From the NCBI GenBank assembly GCA_964538275.1, contig CAZIFW010000006.1, forward strand, positions 5,826 through 69,825: DNA of 64,000 nucleotides. The letters run 5' to 3'. Each line of letters begins with the position of its first letter. The first letter of the stretch is position 1. Shown here in pieces: positions 28,237 through 38,530 of this stretch. Source of the DNA: an uncultured Bacteriovoracaceae bacterium. Lineage in GTDB: Bacteria > Bdellovibrionota > UBA2428. The position numbers and the translations under genes were made by a program. Below the pieces are notes generated by a model. It was not told where the DNA came from. It ran no database searches and saw only the letters and a list, made by a program, of their open reading frames with translations.

Positions 28237-30207
28237 TTATTCAGGATAAGTGAGAGCTTTTTCGTACGCCTTGTCTCGGTTTATTATTCCACCCGTACGA
28301 GTGTTAAGTCTTGGAGTCGTTAGTTCTACAGAGGAATCCAAAATTTCTTTAATTTGAGTAATGTTTAGCTTAGGTCGAAGAGTAAGAATTTCGGAAATCA
28401 CTAAAGAAATGTAGGGTGTGGAATATGAAGTGCCACTTACTTTTATGGCGTTGCGATTTGTATCCATTACGCTAACATCACGAGCTAAACCCGCGTAGTC
28501 GACGTTGGGGCCTTCTCCAAATGTATCTATCAGTTTCCCTTCTTGATCTATTCCACCTACTGAAATGATGTTGGGTAGCTTAAAGGAAGCAGGGTAGAAG
28601 TGAAGGTCTTTTTCACCTTCATTGTCATTACCGGCCCCCGCAACAAATATCAAATCAGGATTCTCCTTTATGAGTCTTCTCCAATGATCTGAAGCTTTAG
28701 GTTCACTCGATCCAAAGCTCATATTTACAACTCGAATAAGTTTATCAGGATTATTTTTGTTCCAGTTCCTAATGTAGTCGATTGCTCTTTGATGTTGTGA
28801 AAAAGTTTGTTCACTAAGTTCAAATTGTACTTTTATAGGCAGAATTTGAACATGCTTGCTACCTTTGGCAATTACTTCAGAGACGTTGGAGCCATGGTAG
28901 TTACTTGGCCAAGAGTGTGCTGCGCCATTGTTGAGATTTGCATTGTAGCCAAGGTAGTCGTCTACATACCCATTTTTATCGTTATCAATTCCATCACCAT
29001 AGACTTCTTTTTCATTTACTGCAGAAGCCGCAAGCAAGTCTTGTCGAGAGTAATCGATACCGGTATCTATAACTGCTACAAAAGTGTTCTTTTGAATGTG
29101 GTCTTTGTATTTCTCATCGAACGAGCTTTCTGGTCTTGATATAAATGGGCTTTTAGTAGGCGACGGAACCTTTTCCAAATATGCAGCTAAGTTTCCAGCT
29201 TCGAGGGGAATCTCCTCTATTACAACTTCAGAATGTTCAAAAAATATTTTTGGACTTTTGCTGCCTTCAAATTCAAGTTCTTGGCCTCTTGTAAAATAGG
29301 GTGTTGCGACCGCGTTCGAGTCATATTGCAGAATCATTAAATTGTTATCTTTTTCGGAAGCAAAGGCTACGACAAATCCTTCATGCACATTTTTTACGAC
29401 ATTTTCGACCACTAAAAGGTTTTTGATTTTAGTATCACCAGATATAACTTTGTACTCGACGATTCGAGTGCCATCGGGTTCTTCGTAAGTGGCAGTCTTT
29501 TTGAATCCAACATCTTTGAGCCAGACTTTTTCGGGAAGCTCGTTTAGCCCTTTTGAAATCTTGAGCTCTTCAGCAAAATAGCTTGGGTCTTCGTTATAAA
29601 GCTCACCGAAACTTTCTTTTCTGGTTTCTTCTTTTTCCTTTTTTTCTTCCTCAATCGCTTCGGCATAATCCATTAAACTATTTGCATAAGCCGCAAGGCC
29701 TATTACGAATTTTCCACCTGATACAATGAGGCCAGGTCCATAATACAAGGTCGCCACTCCTGCTGCGCCACGAGTTAGCATTAATTTGTTACGCGAGCTA
29801 CTCGCAGTTGTCTCGGCACTTTTGACAAGAGCTTCGTCCCATTTGAGAAGGTGATAAAGTACTTCCCGTTGATTTTTATTTAGGCGAGCTAGAGTTTTTT
29901 TTGCAAAATTCGTAAGTGCACTTTTATCCACAGTCGTAAGCACTGTTCCGTCATTAGCGAGTGCTGCACTAAAGAGATGTTGGGTCTTAGGGGGCAAATC
30001 CTGAATCAAATGTTTTAACTGCGAAAGCTGAAAGTCACTGTTGCGACTTATGTTTCTAACCGCATGAGTCAGAGACAGTCGACACACCTTCGAGACTTTT
30101 GATTCCCAGGCACCGGCATTTGGAGTTAATACTAAGACTGCGACGACGCTCAAGCAGGAGTGAGCAAATCTCCTCCAGTGGTGATTAATGTGCGAAGCTC
30201 TTAGCAT
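28237..30207 (-). CDS. Secreted subtilisin-like serine protease (S8) with a ~340-aa N-terminal extension.
   Basis: Asp/His/Ser triad motifs VAVIDTGIDY, HGSNVSEVIA and GTSYSTPYISLVISEI, plus an N-terminal signal peptide. Confidence 0.8.
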   Translation of the reverse strand: MLRASHINHHWRRFAHSCLSVVAVLVLTPNAGAWESKVSKVCRLSLTHAVRNISRNSDFQLSQLKHLIQDLPPKTQHLFSAALANDGTVLTTVDKSALTNFAKKTLARLNKNQREVLYHLLKWDEALVKSAETTASSSRNKLMLTRGAAGVATLYYGPGLIVSGGKFVIGLAAYANSLMDYAEAIEEEKKEKEETRKESFGELYNEDPSYFAEELKISKGLNELPEKVWLKDVGFKKTATYEEPDGTRIVEYKVISGDTKIKNLLVVENVVKNVHEGFVVAFASEKDNNLMILQYDSNAVATPYFTRGQELEFEGSKSPKIFFEHSEVVIEEIPLEAGNLAAYLEKVPSPTKSPFISRPESSFDEKYKDHIQKNTFVAVIDTGIDYSRQDLLAASAVNEKEVYGDGIDNDKNGYVDDYLGYNANLNNGAAHSWPSNYHGSNVSEVIAKGSKHVQILPIKVQFELSEQTFSQHQRAIDYIRNWNKNNPDKLIRVVNMSFGSSEPKASDHWRRLIKENPDLIFVAGAGNDNEGEKDLHFYPASFKLPNIISVGGIDQEGKLIDTFGEGPNVDYAGLARDVSVMDTNRNAIKVSGTSYSTPYISLVISEILTLRPKLNITQIKEILDSSVELTTPRLNTRTGGIINRDKAYEKALTYPE

Positions 30208-30321
30208 AATGCGTGAGTATATTGTCTCATGTGATTCCTCAATAGGTGCTGATAAACTCTTAAAAACAGCTGTTTAACCTGTAAAAACTTTGAACAGCTG
30301 TCTAGCTTTGGAGTTATGGAT

Positions 30322-31383
30322 TTACTTGGAGTCTTTAATTTTTAACTGAAATTCACGCACGTTTTTATTGTGAGCTTTATAGTCTTCCGCAAAAACGTGA
30401 GAGCCATCCCCGCGACTTACAAAATACAAATAAGGTGTCGCTGCAGGGCTTAAAACAGCACGCAAGGCTTTTTCTCCAGGATTGCATATAGGTCCAGCGG
30501 GCAACTCAGGAACTTTATAGGTATTGAAAATACTAAAAGTTGTAAGATGTATGCGCTTTAAGTTTCCATCAAAGTTGGGCATTAATCCGTAAATTGTTGT
30601 GGGGTCAGACTGCAAAGGCATTTTGATTTTTAAACGATTCCAAAAAACAGATGCCACAAGCGGCTGTTCTTCTCCATTACCGCTTTCTTTTTCCACAACA
30701 GATGCCAAGGTAAGTAAGCGATGAAAGCCTAGGTCGTCTTTAGCCCAAGGGTGGCGGCTTAAAATATCGCGAGCTCGACCGTCAAATTGAGTAAGCATTT
30801 CTTGTACAACACTTCTTATAGAGTCGTATTTTTGAATAGAATAGGTTTCTGGAAATAGGTAACCCTCAAGACTCCTAAAGTTTTTAGTTCCTTCTTTTCC
30901 AGCAAGGTTATTTGCTTTAAGAATTTCTTCTTCGCTGGGTAAACGCATTTTTTTAAGAAGCTCAGGATCTTTCATAAGAGCATCGAACTCACTGGCTTTA
31001 AAGTATGGGAGCGTGCCCCACGCTGTGCGAATGTCCCAGCGATTGTAACCTTCTTTAACTAAGAGGTTGCGAGAAATTCCTTTGCCATCTGTAACTGCTT
31101 CTAAAATTTGCAATGAAGAAAGGGGCGGAGTGAGTTGGTATTCTCCCACTTTTACTTTTTTATCGAGTTTTAAAACGCGAGCCATAATTTTTGCTGGCAA
31201 TTCAGGAATTTCAATTTGTTGCTCCTTGAGTTTGCGTAAGATACTTCCAAAGCTACTACCAGGTGGAATATCAATGATCACCTCACCCTTAAGCGTTGGA
31301 TTGGGCTCTGATACAAAAGTGTGGTGAACATAAAAAGCGCCTGCGGCTAAGATAAGAAATACCAATGCAATAAATTTTTTCAT
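30322..31383 (-). CDS. mltG: Endolytic murein transglycosylase MltG (YceG-like).
   Basis: N-terminal TM helix and a YceG domain (…YLFPETY…, …QSDPTTIYG…). Overlaps ruvX by 4 nt. Confidence 0.85.
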   Translation of the reverse strand: MKKFIALVFLILAAGAFYVHHTFVSEPNPTLKGEVIIDIPPGSSFGSILRKLKEQQIEIPELPAKIMARVLKLDKKVKVGEYQLTPPLSSLQILEAVTDGKGISRNLLVKEGYNRWDIRTAWGTLPYFKASEFDALMKDPELLKKMRLPSEEEILKANNLAGKEGTKNFRSLEGYLFPETYSIQKYDSIRSVVQEMLTQFDGRARDILSRHPWAKDDLGFHRLLTLASVVEKESGNGEEQPLVASVFWNRLKIKMPLQSDPTTIYGLMPNFDGNLKRIHLTTFSIFNTYKVPELPAGPICNPGEKALRAVLSPAATPYLYFVSRGDGSHVFAEDYKAHNKNVREFQLKIKDSK

Positions 31384-31790
31384 TTTGCTTTCTCCAGTTG
31401 AAGGTTTTGAAAATAGTTTTGTAAAATAAGAGCTGCTGCGTTTGCGTGATTGTTTTTGCCTTTGGATTCCCAGCTCGTGAGCCGCTCATCTACCAAGATA
31501 ACTTCGAGTTTGAGTTTATCTTGGATTTCTTGGCTTAAATTACGAGCACCCAGTGAGGCCTCTGATTCTTCACCATTTGCTTTAAGTGGAAGGCCTAAGA
31601 TGATTTTCTCGGCTTCCCACTCAGCAATAATCTTTTGCAATTCCTTGTGATCGCTTTTTGAAAGCTTCCACGTGTTTTCAGCAGTCGCTCGACGTTCAAA
31701 ATAACTGCGAGGAGTGATCACCATGCCCTCGGGATCGGCACTTGCAAATCCTACAAAGCGCTGACCCCAGTCTAAGGCGATTAAACTCAT
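31380..31790 (-). CDS. ruvX: Putative pre-16S rRNA nuclease / Holliday-junction resolvase-like RuvX (YqgF).
   Basis: MSLIALDWGQRFVGFASADPEG…IILGLPL… is the YqgF/RNase H-like fold signature. Confidence 0.85.
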   Translation of the reverse strand: MSLIALDWGQRFVGFASADPEGMVITPRSYFERRATAENTWKLSKSDHKELQKIIAEWEAEKIILGLPLKANGEESEASLGARNLSQEIQDKLKLEVILVDERLTSWESKGKNNHANAAALILQNYFQNLQLEKAK

Positions 31791-31799
31791 CGAAGCTCC

Positions 31800-33497
31800 T
31801 TACTTAAAGAGATTCAACAATGGAGCTAAAACATTAAGCTTAGCGATGTCGTTAAAGGTAACGAAAAGAGCCAAGCTGATAAGCATAAAGAATCCTGTTG
31901 TTGCCCAGATTTCTATAAATTTAACGGGCATAGGGCGACGTATAATTCCTTCAATGATGAACAAGAGAATGTGACCACCGTCGAGTACGGGGAGTGGAAT
32001 TAAGTTCATAATTGCAAGGTTTAAGGAAATAAACGCTAGCATTTTGAGGAAATAATCTGCGCCAAGCTTAAGACTATCGCCGGCGATCTTTCCAATCATC
32101 ACAGGGCCGCCCATAGCTTTCATAGAAACTTTTCCGCTGATTAAGAGCCAGAAACTTTCTACAATTGAGCCCGACATGGCAACAGTTTTGTCCCACGCTA
32201 AACTCATACCATCCAAGAAACCTTTAGCTTTAACTTTTTCAAAGCTAGCTTCCGAGAAGCCAACAAACATAGCGCCAAGTTGAAATTTCTTTTCTTTGAT
32301 TTGTGTGACAGGGTTTTCGTGATCTACATGTTGAGGAACAAAAACGCCTTCCATCATGTTTCCATCGCGCAGCCATTTAAGATTTAAGCTGCCACCACTG
32401 CTTGCAGATTCCTGCAATTGATTTCGAAACTGAGAGAAGGTCCACATGGCTTTTCCATTGAGCTCTTTTAAGATATCGCCTTTTTGGAGGCCAAGTGTTG
32501 CAGCTGCTGAACCTTCAAGAACTTGAGTGATGAGCAAATGTGCGGGAACGAATCCGAACTTATTGAAGTCTGTTCCAGCCTCAGGAGTAAATTCAACAAT
32601 CTGAGGTTCTGCTACTTGTGATTCCGCTTCTAGTGAGATGGCACGCACGCTAAGCTTTAACGGCTTTTGTTCCGCAAGGGCTTTTGCAAAAGCTTTTTCA
32701 ATTTCATAACTAGAGTTAATTTCTTCGTTTAGATCGCCACCGTAATCAACGGTATCGATAACAAAGAAGGGCGCCTGTACTAGCTTTCCAAGCGCTGAAT
32801 CTTTAAGCGCAGTATAAAGCGGAGGGTAAGATTGGAATTCTACTCCTGGAAGAGTGAGGGCTTCGCGATCTAAACCCGTCATCGGATCTACAAGTTTGCC
32901 GCGAACAGCTTTAACTGTGAGTTGTTGGCGAATACCATCGCGATCGATATCTAGAACTACAGAGGGAGCATCGTTCATTCTTAAGAAGCGCTGTAGGTCT
33001 TGAAGTTCGCGCACTTCTTCGTCGTTCTCGCCCGCCTTAACGTGAAGAACTTTATCACCCGCTTGAACGCCTGCTACTTGAGCGGGACTGTTGGGATGTA
33101 CAAAGTGAATAACGGCACTAGGGCTGGGAAAACCCTTTGCAAAAAGAGCCCAGAAAACGAAGAAAGCCAAAATGAAGTTGGCCAAGGGGCCTGCAATCAC
33201 CACCGAAAAACGTTTCCAAAGAGGCATTTTACTAAAACTGCGATGTTGTTCTTCGGGAGCAATTTCTTCACGGGGGTCTTGGCCTAGAATTTTTACGTAG
33301 CCACCAAAAGGGATCCAGCTAAGAACATATTCGGTTTCACCGCGCACGAATCTAAAAATCTTATGGCCCATACCAATAGAAAAAGTTTGAACTTTCATGC
33401 CGCAAAGCTTTGCCACGTAAAAGTGACCAAACTCGTGAATAAAAATCAAAATTCCAAGAAGTAGAAGAATCCCAACTATGTAATACATTACCCCCAA
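31800..33497 (-). CDS. rseP: Site-2 protease RseP (M50, PDZ-containing).
   Basis: HEFGHF zinc motif in the first TM, two PDZ-like segments, and the C-terminal LDGG motif (NLIPLPVLDGGHILL). Confidence 0.85.
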   Translation of the reverse strand: MGVMYYIVGILLLLGILIFIHEFGHFYVAKLCGMKVQTFSIGMGHKIFRFVRGETEYVLSWIPFGGYVKILGQDPREEIAPEEQHRSFSKMPLWKRFSVVIAGPLANFILAFFVFWALFAKGFPSPSAVIHFVHPNSPAQVAGVQAGDKVLHVKAGENDEEVRELQDLQRFLRMNDAPSVVLDIDRDGIRQQLTVKAVRGKLVDPMTGLDREALTLPGVEFQSYPPLYTALKDSALGKLVQAPFFVIDTVDYGGDLNEEINSSYEIEKAFAKALAEQKPLKLSVRAISLEAESQVAEPQIVEFTPEAGTDFNKFGFVPAHLLITQVLEGSAAATLGLQKGDILKELNGKAMWTFSQFRNQLQESASSGGSLNLKWLRDGNMMEGVFVPQHVDHENPVTQIKEKKFQLGAMFVGFSEASFEKVKAKGFLDGMSLAWDKTVAMSGSIVESFWLLISGKVSMKAMGGPVMIGKIAGDSLKLGADYFLKMLAFISLNLAIMNLIPLPVLDGGHILLFIIEGIIRRPMPVKFIEIWATTGFFMLISLALFVTFNDIAKLNVLAPLLNLFK

Positions 33498-33654
33498 TCA
33501 TAGCGGACATAGGGGGATCGCAAAATACCCATAACGCCTTTTTTGAGGATCTAGCGCGGGCGGGGGCTCAAGCTAAGAAAAGCTTGATTTTCGATGTTTT
33601 CTTGTCGATTTTCATTAAGAACAACTCTGAATGGGGCATTGTCTATGAGGTTCG

Positions 33655-34500
33655 CTAGACAAAAATGAAATAGGCCAATGGCAGCGTAAAGGCCAAGCCA
33701 TCAATGCGATCTAAAAGACCACCGTGACCAGGCAGTAAATTTCCAGAATCTTTAACGCCTGATACGCGTTTGAAAAAGCTTTCTAGGAAGTCTCCACCCT
33801 GAGCAAGAGGGGCAGCAAAAAGAGTGAATAGCAAAATTTTAGTAAAAGGGATGGGATCAAATTTTAAAAGGTGCCATGCAATAGTAAAAATAGCAGCCGC
33901 AAGTGAAGAGCCAACAAGGCCTGCATAGGCGCCTTCCACAGTTTTCTTTGGAGAAACTAAAGGCCATAAAGGGCGGCGTCCATAACGACGACCCCAAATA
34001 TAGGCAGCAATGTCTCCTGCAAAAACAACAACGAGAGTAAGTAGAATAACTCCTTTGCCGTAGCTTGAAGAAGCTTTGGTTAAAAGAGGTGCGATAAATC
34101 CAAAAAGAAAGAAAATATAAAGAAGGCCTGCAAAGTAGAACGTGTATTCACGAAGCATGGCAGAGAGATCTTTTTCGTTTTTATCTCGGTCTGCAGCCAT
34201 GGTGTCTACTACAAGGAAAAATAAAGAGAGCACCCAAAAGAACCATATCCACTTAATGCCAACGCTGCCTTTTGCGTAACTGTCTACAATGGCTAAGCAG
34301 ATGGCTGCGATACCCATCATGCCGCGCAAAGATTTGGGACGCATATCAAAAATGCGGAGGTATTCAATCCAGCCGCGAAATGAAAGTATGCAAAGAAAAG
34401 CTACCAGCACAGGTGCAGGTAAACCAAAAAGAATCCACATTACGAGACCGGCTAAAGATAATCCCACAAGGGTACGTGTACGTGTCTCGGGGCTCATCAT
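33655..34500 (-). CDS. cdsA: Phosphatidate cytidylyltransferase CdsA.
   Basis: Multi-TM protein with the C-terminal CTP-transferase signature …SFFKRVSGVKDSGNLLPGHGGLLDRIDGL…. Confidence 0.85.
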   Translation of the reverse strand: MMSPETRTRTLVGLSLAGLVMWILFGLPAPVLVAFLCILSFRGWIEYLRIFDMRPKSLRGMMGIAAICLAIVDSYAKGSVGIKWIWFFWVLSLFFLVVDTMAADRDKNEKDLSAMLREYTFYFAGLLYIFFLFGFIAPLLTKASSSYGKGVILLTLVVVFAGDIAAYIWGRRYGRRPLWPLVSPKKTVEGAYAGLVGSSLAAAIFTIAWHLLKFDPIPFTKILLFTLFAAPLAQGGDFLESFFKRVSGVKDSGNLLPGHGGLLDRIDGLAFTLPLAYFIFV

Positions 34501-35264
34501 AGCGAAATTTCCTTTTGTTGTTCTAAGGGCTGTTCAATTTGTTGATCAGCTTTTTGAGAGATGCATCCAAAGCGACGGTCGCGCTGTGCAAAATGTTCGC
34601 AAGCTGTTTTAAGATCTGTTTCATTAAAATCGGGCCATAACTTTGAAGTGACATAGAATTCTGAATAGGCCGATTGCCATAACATAAAGTTAGACACTCT
34701 AAACTCACCGCTGGTTCTAATAATTAAGTCTGGGTCGAGTTGATTTGCTGTGTATAAATGCTGTGAAAATACTTCTTCGTTAATAGATTCAGCCGTAATT
34801 TCGCCACTGGCTACTTTTTTGGCGAGTTGTTGAGTGGCGTGAAGAATGTCGTCGCGGCCACCATAGCTCATCATAAAGTTCAAATTTAAACCGGTGTTAC
34901 TTTTAGAAAGCTCTACGCAGTTGCGAAGTTTTTCTTGCAAGATAGGGGGGGCCTTTTCCATATCGCCCAAAACTTTTACTTTCACGTTACTTGTGATGAG
35001 TTTTTGCATTTGGCGTTCAACAAACTTGTGCATCAAGTTCATTAAAAAATCGACTTCTTCTGTTGGGCGTTTCCAGTTTTCTGTTGAAAAACAAAATAGC
35101 GAAAGTGTTTTAATATCGAGTTCAATGGCAGCTTCAATAATGGAGATAACTTTGTCTGCGCCCTGAATGTGACCTTGCAGTCGCTTCCAACCACGCGAGT
35201 TGGCCCACCTTCCATTGCCATCCATAATAATGCCAACATGTTTGGGCCAGTTCAGCTCTGACAT
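34497..35264 (-). CDS. uppS: Ditrans,polycis-undecaprenyl-diphosphate synthase UppS.
   Basis: HVGIIMDGNGRWA, …FSTENWKRP… and RTSGE…SNFMLWQSAYSE motifs. Confidence 0.9.
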   Translation of the reverse strand: MSELNWPKHVGIIMDGNGRWANSRGWKRLQGHIQGADKVISIIEAAIELDIKTLSLFCFSTENWKRPTEEVDFLMNLMHKFVERQMQKLITSNVKVKVLGDMEKAPPILQEKLRNCVELSKSNTGLNLNFMMSYGGRDDILHATQQLAKKVASGEITAESINEEVFSQHLYTANQLDPDLIIRTSGEFRVSNFMLWQSAYSEFYVTSKLWPDFNETDLKTACEHFAQRDRRFGCISQKADQQIEQPLEQQKEISL

Positions 35265-35271
35265 CAGTTTT

Positions 35272-35820
35272 TTAAACCGTGAGGACTTCTTTGCTTTTCG
35301 CTTCTACGACAGAGTCAACTTGGGCGACGTACTCGTCTGTTATTTTTTGAACTTTGTCTTGGTTTGTTTTTTGAAGGTCTTCGCTTTGTGCTTTGTCTGC
35401 TTTAATTTGATCGTTCGCATCTTTACGAGCGCCGCGAATTGCTACTTTGCAATCTTCGCCTAATTTTTTAACTGTTTTCACAATTTCTTTACGACGATCT
35501 TCACTGAGTGCAGGAACGTTTAAGCGAATAAGTTTGCCGTCTACTTGCGGAGTAAGGCCAATGTTAGCAGCAATAATAGCTTTTTCTACAAGAGGAATCG
35601 CTGATTGGTCCCAGCAAGAAATTTGCAAGGTTTTTGCATCAGGCACCGCAACTTGGGCGATTTGTTTAAGAGGAGTGGGGGTGCCGTAGTAATCAACACG
35701 AACGTTGTCTACGAGACTAGGAGACGCACGACCCGTGCGTAATTTTACCATTTCGTTTTTGAGATTTTGGAGTGCTTTCTCCATTTTATCTTTTGATTCT
35801 GTAAAAATTAAATCGCTCAT
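35272..35820 (-). CDS. frr: Ribosome recycling factor.
   Basis: Full-length RRF (182 aa), …RTGRASPSLVDNVRVDYYGTPTPLKQIA…. Confidence 0.9.
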   Translation of the reverse strand: MSDLIFTESKDKMEKALQNLKNEMVKLRTGRASPSLVDNVRVDYYGTPTPLKQIAQVAVPDAKTLQISCWDQSAIPLVEKAIIAANIGLTPQVDGKLIRLNVPALSEDRRKEIVKTVKKLGEDCKVAIRGARKDANDQIKADKAQSEDLQKTNQDKVQKITDEYVAQVDSVVEAKSKEVLTV

Positions 35821-36629
35821 TATTTTTTTCTCCCTTTGCTCTTCGCCTTCGAAGGAGCCTTTTCTTTGCTAGGATTTTGACGAACAAACTCACTCTTGCA
35901 ATCGGTGCTGACAAGAGTTCCAATTTTTTTACCTTTTAAGAATTCAGCAATTGAGTTGGGTGTGCGGATGTTCAAGATCTGTATGGGTAATTTGTTATCC
36001 ATACAAAGACTGATAGCCGTACTGTCCATAACTTTTAAATTGCGATTGAGAACATCGATGTAGTTGATGCTTTTGAGCATCTCGGCTTTGGCAAACTTGC
36101 GCGGATCAGAGTCGTAAACTCCATCTACGTTGGTTGCTTTGATTAGAATATCGGCTTCAACTTCCATAGCTCTAAGAGCCGCCGCAGTGTCTGTTGAAAA
36201 GTAGGGGTTACCCGTTCCACTTGCAAAAATAACCACGCGGTTTTTTTCTAAGTGTCGAGTGGCACGACGACGAATGTAGGGTTCTACAACCTGTTCCATT
36301 CGAATCGCGCTTTGAACGCGCGTATCAATGTTGCGACGTTCAAGAGCATCTTGCAGTGCAAGTGCGTTGATACACGTTGCAAGCATTCCCATGTAGTCGC
36401 CGGTTGCGCGATCCATGCCCTTTTCAGAGCCTTGGATTCCGCGGAAAATGTTTCCGCCTCCCACGACAATTGCGATTTGAATGTTCATGGCCAAGACAGA
36501 TTGAATCTGATCGGCCATGAAATCCAATGTGAGCGCATCGAGTCCAAACTCCCGGTTGCCGGCTAAAGCCTCTCCCGAGAGTTTCAACAAGATACGTTTA
36601 TATGTTTTACCTGTTGCTGTGGGTGTCAT
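35820..36629 (-). CDS. pyrH: UMP kinase PyrH, with a ~25-aa Lys-rich C-terminal tail.
   Basis: [14 protein letters not shown]…[10 protein letters not shown]… core. C-terminal tail …[20 protein letters not shown]. Confidence 0.9.
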   Translation of the reverse strand: MTPTATGKTYKRILLKLSGEALAGNREFGLDALTLDFMADQIQSVLAMNIQIAIVVGGGNIFRGIQGSEKGMDRATGDYMGMLATCINALALQDALERRNIDTRVQSAIRMEQVVEPYIRRRATRHLEKNRVVIFASGTGNPYFSTDTAAALRAMEVEADILIKATNVDGVYDSDPRKFAKAEMLKSINYIDVLNRNLKVMDSTAISLCMDNKLPIQILNIRTPNSIAEFLKGKKIGTLVSTDCKSEFVRQNPSKEKAPSKAKSKGRKK

Positions 36630-36642
36630 GCTTAACGGCAGT

Positions 36643-37296
36643 CTAGTTCATACCCGCTTGAGCGGCTACTTCGGCTGCAAAATCGTCAACTTTTTTCTCA
36701 AGACCTTCACCGAGTTCCCAACGAACAAAACGGCGAATCTTGATGTTTTCACCAATCTTAGCAATCATTTCTTGTAAAACTGTTTCTACAGTCTTGTCTG
36801 TGTCTTTCAAAAAGCTTTGCTTGAGCAGACAAACTTCGTCGTAATATTTCGACATTTTGCCTTCTACAATCTTCTCAGCAACAGCTTGAGGTTTTCCAGA
36901 CTTGATAGCTTGATCGAGCGCTATTTCTTTTTCTTTTGCTAAAACTTCTGCAGGAACTTCTTCGGGAAGAATGTAAGCAGGTTTGTTTGCTGCAATGTGC
37001 AAGCAAATGTCTTTAACAAAAACTTGGAACAATTCGTTTTGCGCAACGAAGTCAGTTTCAGAGTTTACTTCAAGTAGAACTCCAATTTTTCCGCCCGCAT
37101 GAATGTAAGAGCCGATAGCTCCTTCAGTTGCGATACGGCCCGCTTTTTTAGCAGCAGAAGCCAAACCTTTTTTACGAAGGACGTCTACGGCTTTGTCCAT
37201 GTCACCCGAAGTTTCTTCGAGAGCTTTTTTACAATCCAACATTCCTGCGCCTGTTTTTGTGCGCAGTTCACTTACCATTGATGCTGTAATTGCCAT
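36643..37296 (-). CDS. tsf: Elongation factor Ts.
   Basis: [28 protein letters not shown]… is the EF-Ts N-terminus. The track ORF (to 37341) would run into rpsB; the start at 37296 sits 2 nt below the rpsB stop. Confidence 0.85.
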   Translation of the reverse strand: MAITASMVSELRTKTGAGMLDCKKALEETSGDMDKAVDVLRKKGLASAAKKAGRIATEGAIGSYIHAGGKIGVLLEVNSETDFVAQNELFQVFVKDICLHIAANKPAYILPEEVPAEVLAKEKEIALDQAIKSGKPQAVAEKIVEGKMSKYYDEVCLLKQSFLKDTDKTVETVLQEMIAKIGENIKIRRFVRWELGEGLEKKVDDFAAEVAAQAGMN

Positions 37297-37297
37297 C

Positions 37298-38173
37298 TTA
37301 GTTTTCCTCGTTAGTGCTCTTGATGCTGCGACGTTTTTCAACGTTTACAGTGCGGCCTTCGCGGTCAGTAGTAGATTTCAAGTCATCGCTAGACTTAGAA
37401 ACAGATGGAGTAGGAGCAACAGCAGCCGCTGCTACTGGAGCAGGAGTGCTTTCACGCTTATCAGAGAACGCTCTTACTTTTTCTTCGTGGATACGTGCGC
37501 CATCTAAGAAAGCGTCTGCAACTGCTGAAGCAAACAACTTGATAGATTTAAGAGCGTCATCGTTACCAGGAATTACGAAAGAAACGTCATCTGGATCACA
37601 GTTTGTGTCTGTGATTGCAATGATAGGGATCCCTAATTTCTTAGCTTCTTTAACAGCGTTATGTTCTTTCATAGGGTCGATGATGAAGATCGCTCCGGGA
37701 CGGTCTTTCATAGTGCGAACGCCCCCTAAGTTGCGAACGAGTCTTTCGTGTTCTTTATCAAATGCAGAGCGCTCTTTTGCAGAAAGTTGATCTGCAAGAC
37801 CAGATGCGATCTTGTCGTCGTGCTTTTGAAGAGAATCTAAACACGTTTGAATAGTAGGGAAGTTCGTAAGAGTTCCACCCAACCAACGCTCGTTAACATA
37901 AGGACATCCAGCGCGTTCTGCTTCTTCTTTAACTACGTCTTTGCACTGAGTTTTAGTTCCAACGAAAAGGATTTTTTTACCTTTTGCTGAAAGCTGAGTG
38001 ATGAACGTTAAAGCTTCGCGAGTAAGATGAACGGTTTTTTGCAAGTCGATGATGTAAATGCCGTTTCTGTCGCCGAAGATGTAGGGTTTCATTTTAGGGT
38101 TCCAACGGCTCTTTTGGTGACCGAAGTGTACGCCTGCCTCGAGGAGGTCTTTCATTGTAATTTGAGTTGCCAT
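37298..38173 (-). CDS. rpsB: 30S ribosomal protein S2, with an extended Ala/Pro/Ser/Lys-rich C-terminal tail.
   Basis: MATQITMKDLLEAGVHFGHQKSRWNPKM… is the canonical S2 N-terminus. A ~60-aa low-complexity C-terminal extension follows. Confidence 0.9.
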   Translation of the reverse strand: MATQITMKDLLEAGVHFGHQKSRWNPKMKPYIFGDRNGIYIIDLQKTVHLTREALTFITQLSAKGKKILFVGTKTQCKDVVKEEAERAGCPYVNERWLGGTLTNFPTIQTCLDSLQKHDDKIASGLADQLSAKERSAFDKEHERLVRNLGGVRTMKDRPGAIFIIDPMKEHNAVKEAKKLGIPIIAITDTNCDPDDVSFVIPGNDDALKSIKLFASAVADAFLDGARIHEEKVRAFSDKRESTPAPVAAAAVAPTPSVSKSSDDLKSTTDREGRTVNVEKRRSIKSTNEEN

Positions 38174-38419
38174 TTTTTTTCCTTTTGTCTCTGATACCTA
38201 AGTTCATTTCTGAACGTCAGACTGTGCTTTACAGCAGTGCAGTTTGCTTGGGGCAAATATCCAGAGGTCTAATCTCTACGTCCCGATGATCCGCCGCTGG
38301 GTTTAACTCTTGGGGCCACACACTCGTGCGAGTGGGGGGGCGGGTCCAAGGGCTCGGGTCGTATTCTATAAATATCCCAGCGTGTGTTGTCTGCCAGTAT
38401 TGATAGCCGAGCCCACCGA

Positions 38420-38530
38420 GGGGGTCAAATGAAAGGTGCCTAGCACCTTTTCACACGTTGCACCCCCCCCAAGGCATTTGCGAAATGGTACCTAGTTACT
38501 TTTGGAAGGCACCCGCTACCTTTTGAAGCC
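38420..38530. repeat. Cluster of short palindromic motifs in the rpsB/uvrC divergent intergenic region. It includes a perfect 20-nt hairpin (38432-38451) and a 'ccgctacctttt' motif shared with the 51001-51104 element.
   Basis: aaaggtgcctagcacctttt (38432-38451) is self-complementary. 'aaaggtgcc' and 'ccgctaccttttgaa' recur in the repeat elements at 40291-40346 and 51001-51104. C8 and G7CGGG homopolymer-like tracts flank the region. Confidence 0.45.

Noticed and set aside
33000-33287. 95-aa plus-strand ORF inside rseP, and the 31067-31650 plus-strand ORFs inside mltG/ruvX
   Set aside because: They are antisense to conserved genes. No RBS or promoter context.
37314-37790. 158-aa plus-strand ORF antisense to rpsB, and the 37099-37507 ORFs antisense to tsf
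   Set aside because: They are embedded in highly conserved ribosomal and EF-Ts genes and have no independent signals.
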